Assembly (NCBI GenBank): GCA_963822575.1
Contig: CAWGHZ010000007.1
Location: 1,024,739-1,088,738, forward strand
Direction of reading: 5' to 3'
Length of the DNA: 64,000 nucleotides
From: an uncultured Alphaproteobacteria bacterium
GTDB taxonomy: Bacteria; Pseudomonadota; Alphaproteobacteria; MPNO01; DASWLB01
Shown: positions 1 through 9,682 of the stretch, piece by piece
How positions within the stretch are numbered: the stretch's first letter is position 1
Layout of the letters: the number at the start of each line of letters is the position of its first letter
Position numbers and translations under genes: made by a program
Notes under the pieces: model-generated
Databases searched by the model: none
Seen by the model: only the letters and a program-made list of their open reading frames with translations
What the model was told of the DNA's origin: nothing

Positions 1-1051
1 GATGATCGCCGAGAGAAACGCGGAGGCCCAGAGGATCGCGTAGGCGGTGGTGTGGATGTCACCGTGGGTTGCGCCCACCAGCCCGTCGGCGGCGAGCTTC
101 AGGACACCCGCCTTGTCGACACCGTGTACTACGATGAACAGCCCGACAAAGAAGAAGATGGTGATCCAGTCCACGTCGCCGAACGTTTCGGTGACCTTTA
201 CGGTCTGCTTCTCTCGCTCCTTGTGGTGCTCGATATTGTGCAGCAGCATCAGGAGGGCGGCGCCCGAGAGTGCGACCGTGCCTGCCTCGATATGGAGCGA
301 CCGGGCCAGAATGAAGCCCGTGATCACCAACGCGATCACGAACAGCGCGTAGCGCAAGAGCTTCGGATCGACGATCATCTTTTTCGGGTCGTGGGCGAGG
401 ACGCGGGCGCGCGCCTCCTCCGTCGCGCTGAGCCTGCGGCCCCAGATCAAATGGATGGCGAGAAGCTGCGCCGCCAGCACCACCAGGATGCAGGGCGTCA
501 AATTGAGCACGAAATCGTTGAAGCTGAGGTTCGCGGCCGAGCCGATGATGATGTTGGGCGGATCGCCGATCAGCGTCGCCGTGCCGCCGATGTTCGACGC
601 CATGATCTCGGAGAACAGGAAGGGGTAGGGTGGCACCTCGAGCTCGCGCGTGACGGCGAGCGTGACCGGCGCGATCAGGAGCACCGTCGTCACGTTGTCG
701 AGGAGCGCGGACAGGACGGCCGTGGTGACCGAGAGGATCAGGATCATCGCCCAAGGCTGCGCGCGGCCCTTCTGGGCGGACCAGATCGCCATGAACTCGA
801 ACACGCCCGAGCGCCGCGCAATCGACACCAGCACCATCATGCCGGTGAGGAGCGCGATGGTGTTGAAGTCGATGCCTGCGATCGCCTGTTCCTGGGTCAG
901 GACGCCGAGCAGGATCATCAGCCCGCCGCCGATCAGGGCGATGATCGAGCGGTTGAGCCGCTCGGTGATGATCAGGGCGTAGGTGAGGACGAGCAGCCCA
1001 CTCGCCAGGAACATCGGGTTCGCCCCGAACACGGTATGCGACGGCTCCATA
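1..1051 (-). CDS. ArsB/NhaD-family permease (paralog 1), 3' end outside window
   Basis: Minus-strand translation starts MEPSHTVFGANPMFLASGLLVLTYALIITERLNRS... and is about 90% identical to the next gene; polytopic membrane protein; start ATG at 1051. Confidence 0.75.
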
Positions 1052-1195
1052 GACGGCCTCCACCGGGCGCCGCGCGCGGCGCCTCGTTATTGACATCGAC
1101 GCGACAAGGCCGCGGCGAAATGCCGCGACGGAAGCGCGCGAACCTTGTCCATGGAGGGCGGCGTGTCAACCCGGAGGGTAACGCCGACGCTTTGC

Positions 1196-2536
1196 CTACG
1201 ACAGGTAGCGGAGCCAGATATAGACGTTCGAGATGGCGACCGAGATCAGCATCAGCCCGAACGCGTGCTTGGTGTAGGTGAGAAAGCGGAACTCGACGCC
1301 GTTGCGCTCGGCGATGCCGGCGACGGTCAGGTTCGCCGAGGCGCCGATCAGCGTGCCGTTGCCGCCGAGGCACGCGCCGAGCGACAGCGACCACCACAGC
1401 GGCACCAGCGCGTGCGCCCCGCCGAAGGTCGGCGCCATCGCCTTGATGACCGGGATCATCGTCGCGACGAACGGGATGTTGTCGATGATCGCCGACAGGA
1501 TCGCCGACGACCACAGGATCGCATAGGCGGTGGCGTGGAGGTTGCCGCCGGTCGCGCGCACCAGCGCATCGGCGAGGAGCTTCAGCACTCCCGCCACGTC
1601 GACCCCGTGCACCACGATGAACAGCCCGACGAAGAAGAAGATCGTGATCCAGTCGACGTCGCCGAACGTCTCGGTGACCTTTACGGTCTGCTTCTCGCGC
1701 TCCTTGTGGTGCTCGATGTTGTGCAGCAGCATCAGGAGCGCGCCGCCCGAGAGCGCGATGGTGCCGGCTTCGAGCCCCAGCGCGCGCGCCAAGACGAAGC
1801 CCGTGATCACCAATGCGATCACGAACAGCGCGTAGCGCAGGAGCTTCGGGTCGACGATCATCTTCCGCGCGTCGTGCGCCAGCACGCGGGCGCGCGCTTC
1901 GGGCGTCGCGGTGAGCCTGTGGCCCCAGATCAGGTGGATCGCGAGCACCTGCGCGGCGAGCACCGCCAGGATGCAGGGCGTCAAATTGAGCACGAAGTCG
2001 TTGAAGCTGAGCCCGGCCGCCGAGCCGATGATGATGTTGGGCGGATCGCCGATCAGCGTCGCCGTGCCGCCGATGTTCGACGCCATGATCTCGGAGAACA
2101 GGAACGGGTAGGGCGGCACCTCGAGCTCGCGCGTGACGGCGAGCGTGACCGGCGCGATCAGCAGCACCGTCGTCACGTTGTCGAGAAAGGCCGACAGCAC
2201 CGCGGTGGTCACCGACAGGATCAGGATCATCGCCCAGGGCTGGGCGCGGCCCTTCTGCGCCGACCAGATCGCGAGGTACTCGAACATGCCCGACCGGCGC
2301 GAGATCGAGACCAGCACCATCATGCCGGTGAGAAGCGCGATGGTGTTGAAGTCGATGCCTGCGATCGCCTGTTCCTGGGTCAGGACGCCGAGCAGGATCA
2401 TCAGCCCGCCGCCCAGGAGCGCGATGATCGAGCGGTTGAGCCGCTCGGTGATGATCAGGACGTAGGTGAGGATGAGCAAGCCGCTCGCCAGGAACATCGG
2501 GTCGATCCCGAGGACGGTGTGCGACTCCATAGACAT
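1196..2536 (-). CDS. ArsB/NhaD-family permease (paralog 2)
   Basis: 446-aa ORF MSMESHTVLGIDPMFLASGLLILTYVLIITERLNRS...; multi-TM; tandem duplicate of upstream gene. Confidence 0.85.
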   Translation of the reverse strand: MSMESHTVLGIDPMFLASGLLILTYVLIITERLNRSIIALLGGGLMILLGVLTQEQAIAGIDFNTIALLTGMMVLVSISRRSGMFEYLAIWSAQKGRAQPWAMILILSVTTAVLSAFLDNVTTVLLIAPVTLAVTRELEVPPYPFLFSEIMASNIGGTATLIGDPPNIIIGSAAGLSFNDFVLNLTPCILAVLAAQVLAIHLIWGHRLTATPEARARVLAHDARKMIVDPKLLRYALFVIALVITGFVLARALGLEAGTIALSGGALLMLLHNIEHHKEREKQTVKVTETFGDVDWITIFFFVGLFIVVHGVDVAGVLKLLADALVRATGGNLHATAYAILWSSAILSAIIDNIPFVATMIPVIKAMAPTFGGAHALVPLWWSLSLGACLGGNGTLIGASANLTVAGIAERNGVEFRFLTYTKHAFGLMLISVAISNVYIWLRYLS

Positions 2537-2671
2537 GCCCCTCTCGGGCGCCGGGGAGGGCGCCCGGCCCTGTTGTCCGGGTTGTTCGGTCGTGGCCGCG
2601 TCCGGTCGGCCGCGGTCGCGGCGCGCGACCCTTGATCCAAAGGGTGCGGGCTGTCAAGCCGGCGCGGGGTC

Positions 2672-3502
2672 TCAGCCGCCGAGGAAGAGGCGACCGACGG
2701 CGGGGTCGGCGAGGAGGTCCTTGCCCGGTCCGGCGAGGGCCACCGCGCCCGAGACCAGCACGTATCCCACGTCGGCGAACTCCAGCCCCTTGCGGGCGTT
2801 CTGCTCGACCATGACGATGGTGCGGCGCTGCTCGGACTTGAGCCGGGCGAGGATGTCGAACACCTGGTCGATGTAGCGCGGCTCGAGCCCGATCGAGGGC
2901 TCGTCGACCAGCAGCACCTCCGGGTCCATGATGAGCGCGCGCGAGATCTCGAGAAGCCTGCGCTCGCCGCCGGACAGCACGCCGGCGCGGTGGTGGCGGC
3001 GCTCGGCGAGACGCGGGTTCTGGTCGAGCACCCGCTCCGCCGCCGCGTGCGCCTCGCGCGGCGACGGCATCAGATAGCCGCCCATCAGCAAATTCTCCTC
3101 GACGGTCATGTCGGGGAAGACCGAATTGTCCTGCAGCACATAGGCGATGCGCGCGCGGGCGAGCTTGTCGTTCGACGGCAGGCGCGTCACGTCCGTCCCC
3201 GCCATGGTGATCGTGCCGCCGAACACGTCGGCGAAGCCGTAGATCGCGTGCAGCACCGTCGACTTGCCGGCCCCGTTCGGCCCGATCAGGCAGAGCGACT
3301 GGCCGCGCCCGACGCTCAGATTCACGCCGTGCAGGATCTCCATCCGCCCGTAACCGGCGCGGAGCGATTCGGTGGCGAGGAGCGGCTCGCCCGCGCAGAG
3401 GGCGGCGAGCGCCGCCGCGCTCGGTCCCTGGGCGGCGAGCGCGCCGGCCTCGCGGGCGACCTCGTCGACCGACAGCGGCGGCGGCGCGCCGGGCTCGGCC
3501 AT
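2672..3502 (-). CDS. livF: branched-chain amino acid ABC transporter ATP-binding protein LivF
   Basis: Walker A GPNGAGKST, signature LSGGERRLLEISRAL, D-loop; TGATG start overlaps livG stop; about 45-aa N-terminal extension before the GYG region, so start uncertain. Confidence 0.8.
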   Translation of the reverse strand: MAEPGAPPPLSVDEVAREAGALAAQGPSAAALAALCAGEPLLATESLRAGYGRMEILHGVNLSVGRGQSLCLIGPNGAGKSTVLHAIYGFADVFGGTITMAGTDVTRLPSNDKLARARIAYVLQDNSVFPDMTVEENLLMGGYLMPSPREAHAAAERVLDQNPRLAERRHHRAGVLSGGERRLLEISRALIMDPEVLLVDEPSIGLEPRYIDQVFDILARLKSEQRRTIVMVEQNARKGLEFADVGYVLVSGAVALAGPGKDLLADPAVGRLFLGG

Positions 3503-4245
3503 CACCTGGCCCCCAGATAGGCATCGAGCACCCGCGGGTCGGACTGGATCGTCTCGGGCGGCCCGTCGGCCAGGATCTCGCCGTGGGCGAGGCAGTAGAT
3601 GTGGCTCGCCAGGCTCATGATCGCGCGCATGTTGTGCTCGATGACGAAGAGCGTCACGCCGCGCTCGGCGTTGGCGCGCTGCAGCCGGTCGATCAGCCCG
3701 TTGATCAGGGTCGGGTTGATGCCGGCCGTGGGCTCGTCGAGCAGCAGGAGCTGGGGCTCGTTCATCAGCGCCATGGCGAACTCGAGGAGCTTGCGCTGGC
3801 CGAACGAGAGGTCGCCGGCCAGGAGCCGCCGCTTCTCGTGGAGCCCGACGAAGGCGAGGAGCTCGTCCGCCTTCTCGCGCTCCGCCGGCTCGAACCGGCG
3901 GAACAGCGCGAGCACGCCCTCGTCGCGGTGCGGCGCGGAGATCAGCATGTTGTCGGTGCAGCTCATCTCGCCGTAGATGCGGGTCTGCTGGAAGGTGCGC
4001 AACAGGCCCAGCCGGGCGATCTGGGGCGTGCGCAGGCGGGATATCTCGCGCCCCCGGAAGCGGATCGCGCCCGCGTCGATCGGATGGGCGCCGCAGATCG
4101 AGCCGAACAAGGTCGACTTGCCTGAGCCGTTCGGCCCGATCATCCCGACGATCTTGCCCTCGGGCACGGCAAGCGAGACCGCGCGGTTCGCCTGCACGCC
4201 GCCGAACGACTTGGAGACGCCCTCGACTTCCAGGAGCGCGCTCAC
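3502..4245 (-). CDS. livG: branched-chain amino acid ABC transporter ATP-binding protein LivG
   Basis: GTG start (VSALLEVEGVSKSFGG...), Walker A GPNGSGKST, LSFGQRKLLEFAMAL; GTGA overlap with livM stop. Confidence 0.8.
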   Translation of the reverse strand: MSALLEVEGVSKSFGGVQANRAVSLAVPEGKIVGMIGPNGSGKSTLFGSICGAHPIDAGAIRFRGREISRLRTPQIARLGLLRTFQQTRIYGEMSCTDNMLISAPHRDEGVLALFRRFEPAEREKADELLAFVGLHEKRRLLAGDLSFGQRKLLEFAMALMNEPQLLLLDEPTAGINPTLINGLIDRLQRANAERGVTLFVIEHNMRAIMSLASHIYCLAHGEILADGPPETIQSDPRVLDAYLGAR

Positions 4246-5270
4246 GGCGTGGCCTCGATCTTGCGCCCGAACCGTTCCGGCCAGCGCGTGCGCATCCAGC
4301 CGAGGATGCCCGTCGGGAAGAACACCACGATCACCACGATCAGCAGGCCGAGCGCGACGCGTTGCCAGCCGAGCAGGTAGGTCCAGGTCACCTCCTGCAC
4401 CACCTCGAACACCACGGCGCCGATGACCGGGCCCCACAGCGTGCCCTTGCCGCCGAGGATCGCCATGAGCACCATCCACACGCCGTAGCTCTCCGCGGCG
4501 AAGGCCGTGTCGGTGGGGTCGATGAAGCCGACCAGGATGCCGACCCCGCCGCCCGAAAGCCCCAGGAAGAACGCCGAGACCGACCACGACACCGTCTTGA
4601 CGACGGTGGTGTGGAGCCCCATCGCCTCGGCCTTGTCCTCGTCGTCGCGGATGGCGTTGACCGCAAGCCCGAAGCGTCCCCGGTAAAGCCACCGGAACGT
4701 CAGGAAGGCGAGGGCCGCGAGGCCGAAGAAGAAGAAGTAGAAGAACCGCGCGGGCTCGCCCATCGTCCCCGGGAACAAGGGCGGCACCATGCCCGAGCCC
4801 GCGCCGATATAGTCGATGCCGCCGGCGATCTGGCCGGCCGCGATGCCGAGCCCGAGCGTGCCGATGGCGAAGTAGTGGCCGCGGAGTCCCAGCACCGCCG
4901 CGCCCAATGTCGCCGCGAGGAAGGTGGCGGCGAGCCCGCCCGCGACCGTGCCGACCGCGAAGCCCTCGAAGAACTGGTCGGCGGTGAACTTGAAAGTCTT
5001 GGCCGTGCCGCCCGGCGAGGTGTAGGCGGCGACGTCGTAGAACATCCCCACCTGCACCACGGCGCAGATATACATGCCGATCCCGAAGAACACGATGTTG
5101 CCGAACGAGTTGTAGCCCATCTGCCCGCCCTGCGCGTCCCATGTCAGGGCGAACAGCACCATCAGCCACAGGAACGCGAGCTGCGCCTGGTAGGCGTGGA
5201 ACACGAACGGCGCGGCCAGGCTGACGACCGCGATGATCGCGTAGGTCGCCCCCGGCCGCGCGGCGCTCAC
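4242..5270 (-). CDS. livM: branched-chain amino acid ABC transporter permease LivM
   Basis: GTG start; hydrophobic permease; GTGA overlap with livH. Confidence 0.8.
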   Translation of the reverse strand: MSAARPGATYAIIAVVSLAAPFVFHAYQAQLAFLWLMVLFALTWDAQGGQMGYNSFGNIVFFGIGMYICAVVQVGMFYDVAAYTSPGGTAKTFKFTADQFFEGFAVGTVAGGLAATFLAATLGAAVLGLRGHYFAIGTLGLGIAAGQIAGGIDYIGAGSGMVPPLFPGTMGEPARFFYFFFFGLAALAFLTFRWLYRGRFGLAVNAIRDDEDKAEAMGLHTTVVKTVSWSVSAFFLGLSGGGVGILVGFIDPTDTAFAAESYGVWMVLMAILGGKGTLWGPVIGAVVFEVVQEVTWTYLLGWQRVALGLLIVVIVVFFPTGILGWMRTRWPERFGRKIEATP

Positions 5271-6166
5271 CGCAGCACCTGGCGCTTGCGGCGCAGCATC
5301 GCGGCGCGCCACAAGAGGATCGCGACCAGAAGGCCGAACACGAACGCCACCTGGAACTGCGCGCCCAGCAGGAACGCGGCGAACTGCTCCGCGGCGCCGA
5401 GCCCGAGCCCGGCCGCGATCACGCCCGACACGTTGCCGAGCCCGGCCACCACCACGATCATGAACGACCGGATGGTATAGGCGACGCCGAGATAGGGCTG
5501 GATCACCCAGGTCATCGCCACCAGCGCGCCTGCGGAGCCGCAGATCGCTGCGTTCAGCGCGTAGGTGGTGGCGTAGACCCGGTCGGTGTCGATGCCCATC
5601 ACGCGCGCGGCGCGGGCATTCTGCGACGTGGCGCGGATCGCCTGGCCGAGGCGCGTGCGGCGCAGGAACAGCATCAGCGCGATGCCTACCAGGACCGCGC
5701 AGACGAAACTCACCAGCTTGATCTCGGCGACGGTCAGGTTGCCGCCGAGCAGCGTCCAGGTGCCGAGGCCCGACTGCGCCGTCTGGATGTCGGCGCCGAA
5801 CGCCTGGTTCATGAGCTGCTGCAACAGGATCGAGATGCCGTAGGTGGCGAGGATCGAGATGAACATGTCGCGGTCGATCACCCGCCACACGACCACGCGA
5901 TAGATCGCCCAGCCGACCGCGTACAGCACCACCGCCGCCGCCGGGATGCCCCACAGCGGGTGGACGCCCCACACGCCGAGATAATAGGCGACGTAGCCGC
6001 CCAGGATGACGTACTCGCCCTGGGCGATGTTGATGATGTTCATCACGCCCCAGACGAGCGCCATGCCGTAGGCGGCGAGCGCGAAGATCGCCCCGATCAG
6101 GAGTCCGTCCACGAGCAACTGGACGCTCAGAACGGGCGCCTGGAACAAGATGTCGAAATTGCTCAT
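5267..6166 (-). CDS. livH: branched-chain amino acid ABC transporter permease LivH
   Basis: 299-aa ORF MSNFDILFQAPVLSVQLLVDGLLIGAIFAL... Confidence 0.85.
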   Translation of the reverse strand: MSNFDILFQAPVLSVQLLVDGLLIGAIFALAAYGMALVWGVMNIINIAQGEYVILGGYVAYYLGVWGVHPLWGIPAAAVVLYAVGWAIYRVVVWRVIDRDMFISILATYGISILLQQLMNQAFGADIQTAQSGLGTWTLLGGNLTVAEIKLVSFVCAVLVGIALMLFLRRTRLGQAIRATSQNARAARVMGIDTDRVYATTYALNAAICGSAGALVAMTWVIQPYLGVAYTIRSFMIVVVAGLGNVSGVIAAGLGLGAAEQFAAFLLGAQFQVAFVFGLLVAILLWRAAMLRRKRQVLR

Positions 6167-6249
6167 CTCGCCGCGCCGGCCTTCCCCGGGGCGGGGAAGG
6201 CCGGTCCGGAGCCGCGGTCAGCCAACGGGGTCGAGCCCCGAGTGCCGGG

Positions 6250-7476
6250 CTACATGCTCGGCTTCGGGTATATCAGCTTGCCCGACGCGTACTTGGTCGG
6301 CGCGACCGGCACGTATGCTCCGTGCTGCACCTGCAGGAGCACCATCGGCTTGGCCGCGTTCTTGCCCGTCTTGTCGAAATGGATCGGGCCGTAGAACGTT
6401 TCCATGTCGGTCGCGGCCAGCGCGTCGCGCACCTTCTCGACGTCGAGCGAGCCGGCCTTCTCAAAGGCTTGGGCGAACACCTCGACGCACGCCGAGGACT
6501 CGGCCGCCTGGTAGGGCGGGTCGTAGCCGAACTTCGCGTTGAAGTCCTTGGCGTACTGCGAGGCCGTGCCCATCCAGCGGTCCTGGTAGCTCATCGCCGG
6601 ATCCCACTGCGAGGCGCACAGCGTGCCCTCCGCCTCCTTCGGGAACTTCTTCTCGATCTGGGCGGCGTCGCAATGGGTCATGGCGACCATCGGCACCGAG
6701 ATGTTCATCTGCTTGAGCTGGCGCATCGCCGTCGCCGCGCCCTTGGAATGGCCCGACACGATCAGCAGGTCGGGGTGCAGCGCGCGCACCTTGGTCAGGG
6801 TCGCGGACATGTCGTTCAGCTCTTTCGGCAGGCGGTCGTCGATGACGATCTTCATGCCGTACTTCTTCGCCTTTTCCACCACGCCCTGACGCACGTCGAG
6901 CGAGAACGGGTCGTTCTCGACGTCGATGGCGATCTTCACGTCGGAGGGCTTCTTTCCGTGCTTCTCGGCGGTCTCCGCCGCCACGTCGACCGCGACGGCG
7001 AGATACTGGTCCGCCGTGGTCAGGACGGCGAACAAATACTTGTAGCCCTTCTCGAACAATTCGCGCGCCGCGCCGTTGCCCTCGACCATCGGGATCTTGT
7101 GCTTCTCGATCACCGGGGCGACCGCGGTGGTCAGGCCCGACGAGTACGGCCCCAGCATGTATTTCACGCCGTCCTGCTGGATCAGCCGCTCGGTGAGCTG
7201 GGCGCCGCGGGCCGGCGTCGACTCGTCGTCGTAATAGGCGATGTGCAGCTTGTAGGTCTTGCCGCCGACCTTGACGCCGCCCTTCTCGTTGATGCGCTCG
7301 AGGGCGAGGTCGTAGCCCTTCTTGGTGTGCTGGCCGGCGGTCGAGTATTTGCCGGTCAGCGACACCGCCGCGCCGAGCGTGATGGTATCGTTCGATTGTG
7401 CGAAGGCCGGCGCCGCGCCGACGACACCGAGCGCGGCCGCTGCTGCAGCCGCCATCGTCCACATGCTTCTATGCAT
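6250..7476 (-). CDS. livK: periplasmic branched-chain amino acid-binding protein (LivK/LivJ family)
   Basis: Signal peptide MHRSMWTMAAAAAAALGVVGAAPAFAQ; type I periplasmic binding protein fold motifs; GGAGGA RBS. Confidence 0.8.
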   Translation of the reverse strand: MHRSMWTMAAAAAAALGVVGAAPAFAQSNDTITLGAAVSLTGKYSTAGQHTKKGYDLALERINEKGGVKVGGKTYKLHIAYYDDESTPARGAQLTERLIQQDGVKYMLGPYSSGLTTAVAPVIEKHKIPMVEGNGAARELFEKGYKYLFAVLTTADQYLAVAVDVAAETAEKHGKKPSDVKIAIDVENDPFSLDVRQGVVEKAKKYGMKIVIDDRLPKELNDMSATLTKVRALHPDLLIVSGHSKGAATAMRQLKQMNISVPMVAMTHCDAAQIEKKFPKEAEGTLCASQWDPAMSYQDRWMGTASQYAKDFNAKFGYDPPYQAAESSACVEVFAQAFEKAGSLDVEKVRDALAATDMETFYGPIHFDKTGKNAAKPMVLLQVQHGAYVPVAPTKYASGKLIYPKPSM

Positions 7477-7642
7477 GCATTCCTCCCAGTCCGAATGTTC
7501 CTTTCTCGCCGCCGGTCCCATGGCCGGCAGATGCCCGTATCATAGCCCTAAGCGGGGTCCGGGCAACCCCGCCTTGCACCGCCGCAAGGCGCATACTAGG
7601 TTGCGGCCACAGCTCGAGGCGGGCAAAGGAAAGGAAACCGGC

Positions 7643-8392
7643 ATGGAAATAAAGGGCGAATATCGCATTCCGGCGCCGCGCCAGAAGGTGTGGGAGGCAC
7701 TGAACGACCCCGCGATCCTCAAGCAGTGCATCCCGGGCTGCGACTCCCTCGAGAAGCTCTCCGACACCGAGATGAACGGCAAGGTCACCGCGCGCGTCGG
7801 ACCGGTGTCGGCAAAGTTCTCCGGCAAGGTGACGCTCAGCGAGATCAACGCGCCGGAGAGTTACCGCATCTCGGGCGAAGGGCAGGGCGGCGTCGCCGGC
7901 TTCGCCAAGGGCGGCGCGCAGGTGCACCTCGCGGAGGACGGCGCCGAGACGGTGCTCACCTACACCGCCGACGCGCAGGTCGGCGGCAAGCTCGCCCAGA
8001 TCGGCTCGCGGCTGATCCAGTCGACGGCGCGCTCCATGGCCGACCAGTTCTTCAGCAAGTTCGCGAACGTGGTGGGGGGCGGCGGCGGCGGCGGCGAGGC
8101 GGCGGCAATGGAGCCGTCGCCCGAGCCCAAGGCCGCCGGCGCGGCGCCCGCGCCCCAGTTGGACACGGCCGAGGCCGCGCGCGACGCGGCCGTGTCCGCG
8201 CCCAAGCCGCCGCCCGGCGCCGCCCAGGCCGAGCGCCCGGAGCGGGCGGAGGAGGTGCGGCCCGCGCCCGGCCAGGTGCCGCCGACGCCCGCGCCCGGCC
8301 CCGCCCAGCGCAAGGGCCTCGCCCCCGCCGTGTGGATCGCCGGCATCATCGTGATCGTCGCCATCGTCCTCGCCGTCTTCTGGTTCGCGTAG
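7643..8392 (+). CDS. coxG: CoxG-family SRPBCC protein with Gly/Pro-rich tail and C-terminal TM helix
   Basis: MEIKGEYRIPAPRQKVWEALNDPAILKQCIPGC... matches carbon monoxide dehydrogenase subunit G family; RBS AAGGAAA. Confidence 0.7.
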   Translation: MEIKGEYRIPAPRQKVWEALNDPAILKQCIPGCDSLEKLSDTEMNGKVTARVGPVSAKFSGKVTLSEINAPESYRISGEGQGGVAGFAKGGAQVHLAEDGAETVLTYTADAQVGGKLAQIGSRLIQSTARSMADQFFSKFANVVGGGGGGGEAAAMEPSPEPKAAGAAPAPQLDTAEAARDAAVSAPKPPPGAAQAERPERAEEVRPAPGQVPPTPAPGPAQRKGLAPAVWIAGIIVIVAIVLAVFWFA

Positions 8393-8427
8393 CAATCCGG
8401 AACGACGGCAGCAACCCGCCGCGCTAA

Positions 8428-8576
8428 CCCCCCCACCCTGTCCCTCCCCCTCAAGCGGGGAGGGAACCCCTGTGTCGGCAGCGTCTTTCTCCCGCTCCCG
8501 TGTCGCTCGACAGCAACGCACGGGCTGACGTGCACGTCCCCTCTCCCCTTGAGGGGGAGAGACAGGGTGGGGGGTC
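8428..8576. repeat. pair of inverted ~40-bp GC-rich palindromic elements (REP/MITE-like) in coxG-tctC intergenic region
   Basis: 8428-8478 CCCCCCACCCTGTCCCTCCCCCTCAAGCGGGGAGGG... and 8537-8576 CCCCTCTCCCCTTGAGGGGGAGAGACAGGGTGGGGGG are reverse complements of each other; each arm internally palindromic. Confidence 0.6.
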
Positions 8577-8707
8577 GTCCAGGGTGCTCGGACGCAGGCG
8601 CGGTGCAGGCGGACGCACGCCCGGACGGCTTCGCTTCTCGCGCAAGGGCGGATATAGTTCGCCGGCGCCGCCGCCGGGGCGGTGTGGAAACAAGAACACG
8701 GGAGGCA

Positions 8708-9673
8708 ATGATGACCGCAAATCGCCTGCTTACCTTTGCCGCCGCGGCGGCCGTCGCGCTCGGGCTCGCCGTGCCGGCGCGCGCCGCCTTTCCCGAAAAG
8801 GACATCACGCTGGTCATTCCGTTCTCGACCGGCGGCGGGTTCGACGTCTATGCGCGGCTGGTCGCGCCGTTCGTCGCCAAGCATTTGCCGAACCACGTCA
8901 ACGTGGTGCCCAAGAACGCGCCCGGCGCGGGCGGCCGGCTCGGCCTCACCCAGGTCTATCGCGCCAAGCCCGACGGCTACACCGTCGTCATCGTCAACGT
9001 ACCGGGCGCGATGATCCCGCCGCTGATGGGCGAGAAGGTGCAGTACGACCTCGACAAGATGACGTGGATCGCCCGGCTCAGCTTCGACTCCTACCTGCTC
9101 ACCGTCGGCGGCAAGTCGCCGATCAAGAATTTCGACGAATTCAAGAGCTTCGCCAAGGCGCACACGGTGAAGTTCCCCTCGACCGGCGCGGGCTCGACCG
9201 CCGACGTGATGGCGCGCGTGTTCCTCGGCGTGCTGGGCCTCAAGGGCCAGCTCGTCACCGGCTACAAGGGCACCAAGGAGATGACCCTCGCCGTGATCCG
9301 CGGCGACACGCCGGCCGCCATTTTGCCGTCGCTCTCCACCCGCAAGTACATCCAGTCGGGCGACGTGCGCGCGCTCGTTACCACCGAAGACCCGAGCCCC
9401 TACAAGGGCGTGCCGTCGGCCAAGTCGCTCGGGCTCGACGACCTCGACGGTCTGTTCATCCACCGGCTGATCGCGGCGCCGCCCGGCGTGCCGGAAGCGG
9501 TCGCCAAGACGCTGTCGGACGCGTTCATGGCGGCGATGGCCGACCCCGAGCTCCAGGCGACGGCGAAGAAGGCGCACCGCCCGCTCGCGCCGCTCGACGG
9601 CGACCAGGCCGCCGCGGCGGTGAAGAAGCAACTCGCCCTCTATCTCCGCTTCAAGGACGAGCTGAAGAAGTAG
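8708..9673 (+). CDS. tctC: tripartite tricarboxylate transporter substrate-binding protein (TctC/Bug family)
   Basis: Signal peptide; Bug-family motifs (VVPKNAPGAGG, STGAGSTAD). Confidence 0.85.
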   Translation: MMTANRLLTFAAAAAVALGLAVPARAAFPEKDITLVIPFSTGGGFDVYARLVAPFVAKHLPNHVNVVPKNAPGAGGRLGLTQVYRAKPDGYTVVIVNVPGAMIPPLMGEKVQYDLDKMTWIARLSFDSYLLTVGGKSPIKNFDEFKSFAKAHTVKFPSTGAGSTADVMARVFLGVLGLKGQLVTGYKGTKEMTLAVIRGDTPAAILPSLSTRKYIQSGDVRALVTTEDPSPYKGVPSAKSLGLDDLDGLFIHRLIAAPPGVPEAVAKTLSDAFMAAMADPELQATAKKAHRPLAPLDGDQAAAAVKKQLALYLRFKDELKK

Positions 9674-9682
9674 CCGCATAGG

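Noticed and set aside
972-3524. 850-aa minus-strand ORF, plus similar long ORFs at 7469-9730, 15802-18531, 39941-41773, 44768-46438 and 47253-48653
   Set aside because: They are Arg/Ala/Gly-rich antisense or out-of-frame reads of well-supported genes in 68% GC DNA. They have no domain-like sequence, and they overlap genes with clear homology.
3502-5169. 555-aa ORF
   Set aside because: Only the last 248 aa (from GTG at 4245) are LivG. The upstream part is an out-of-frame read across livM.
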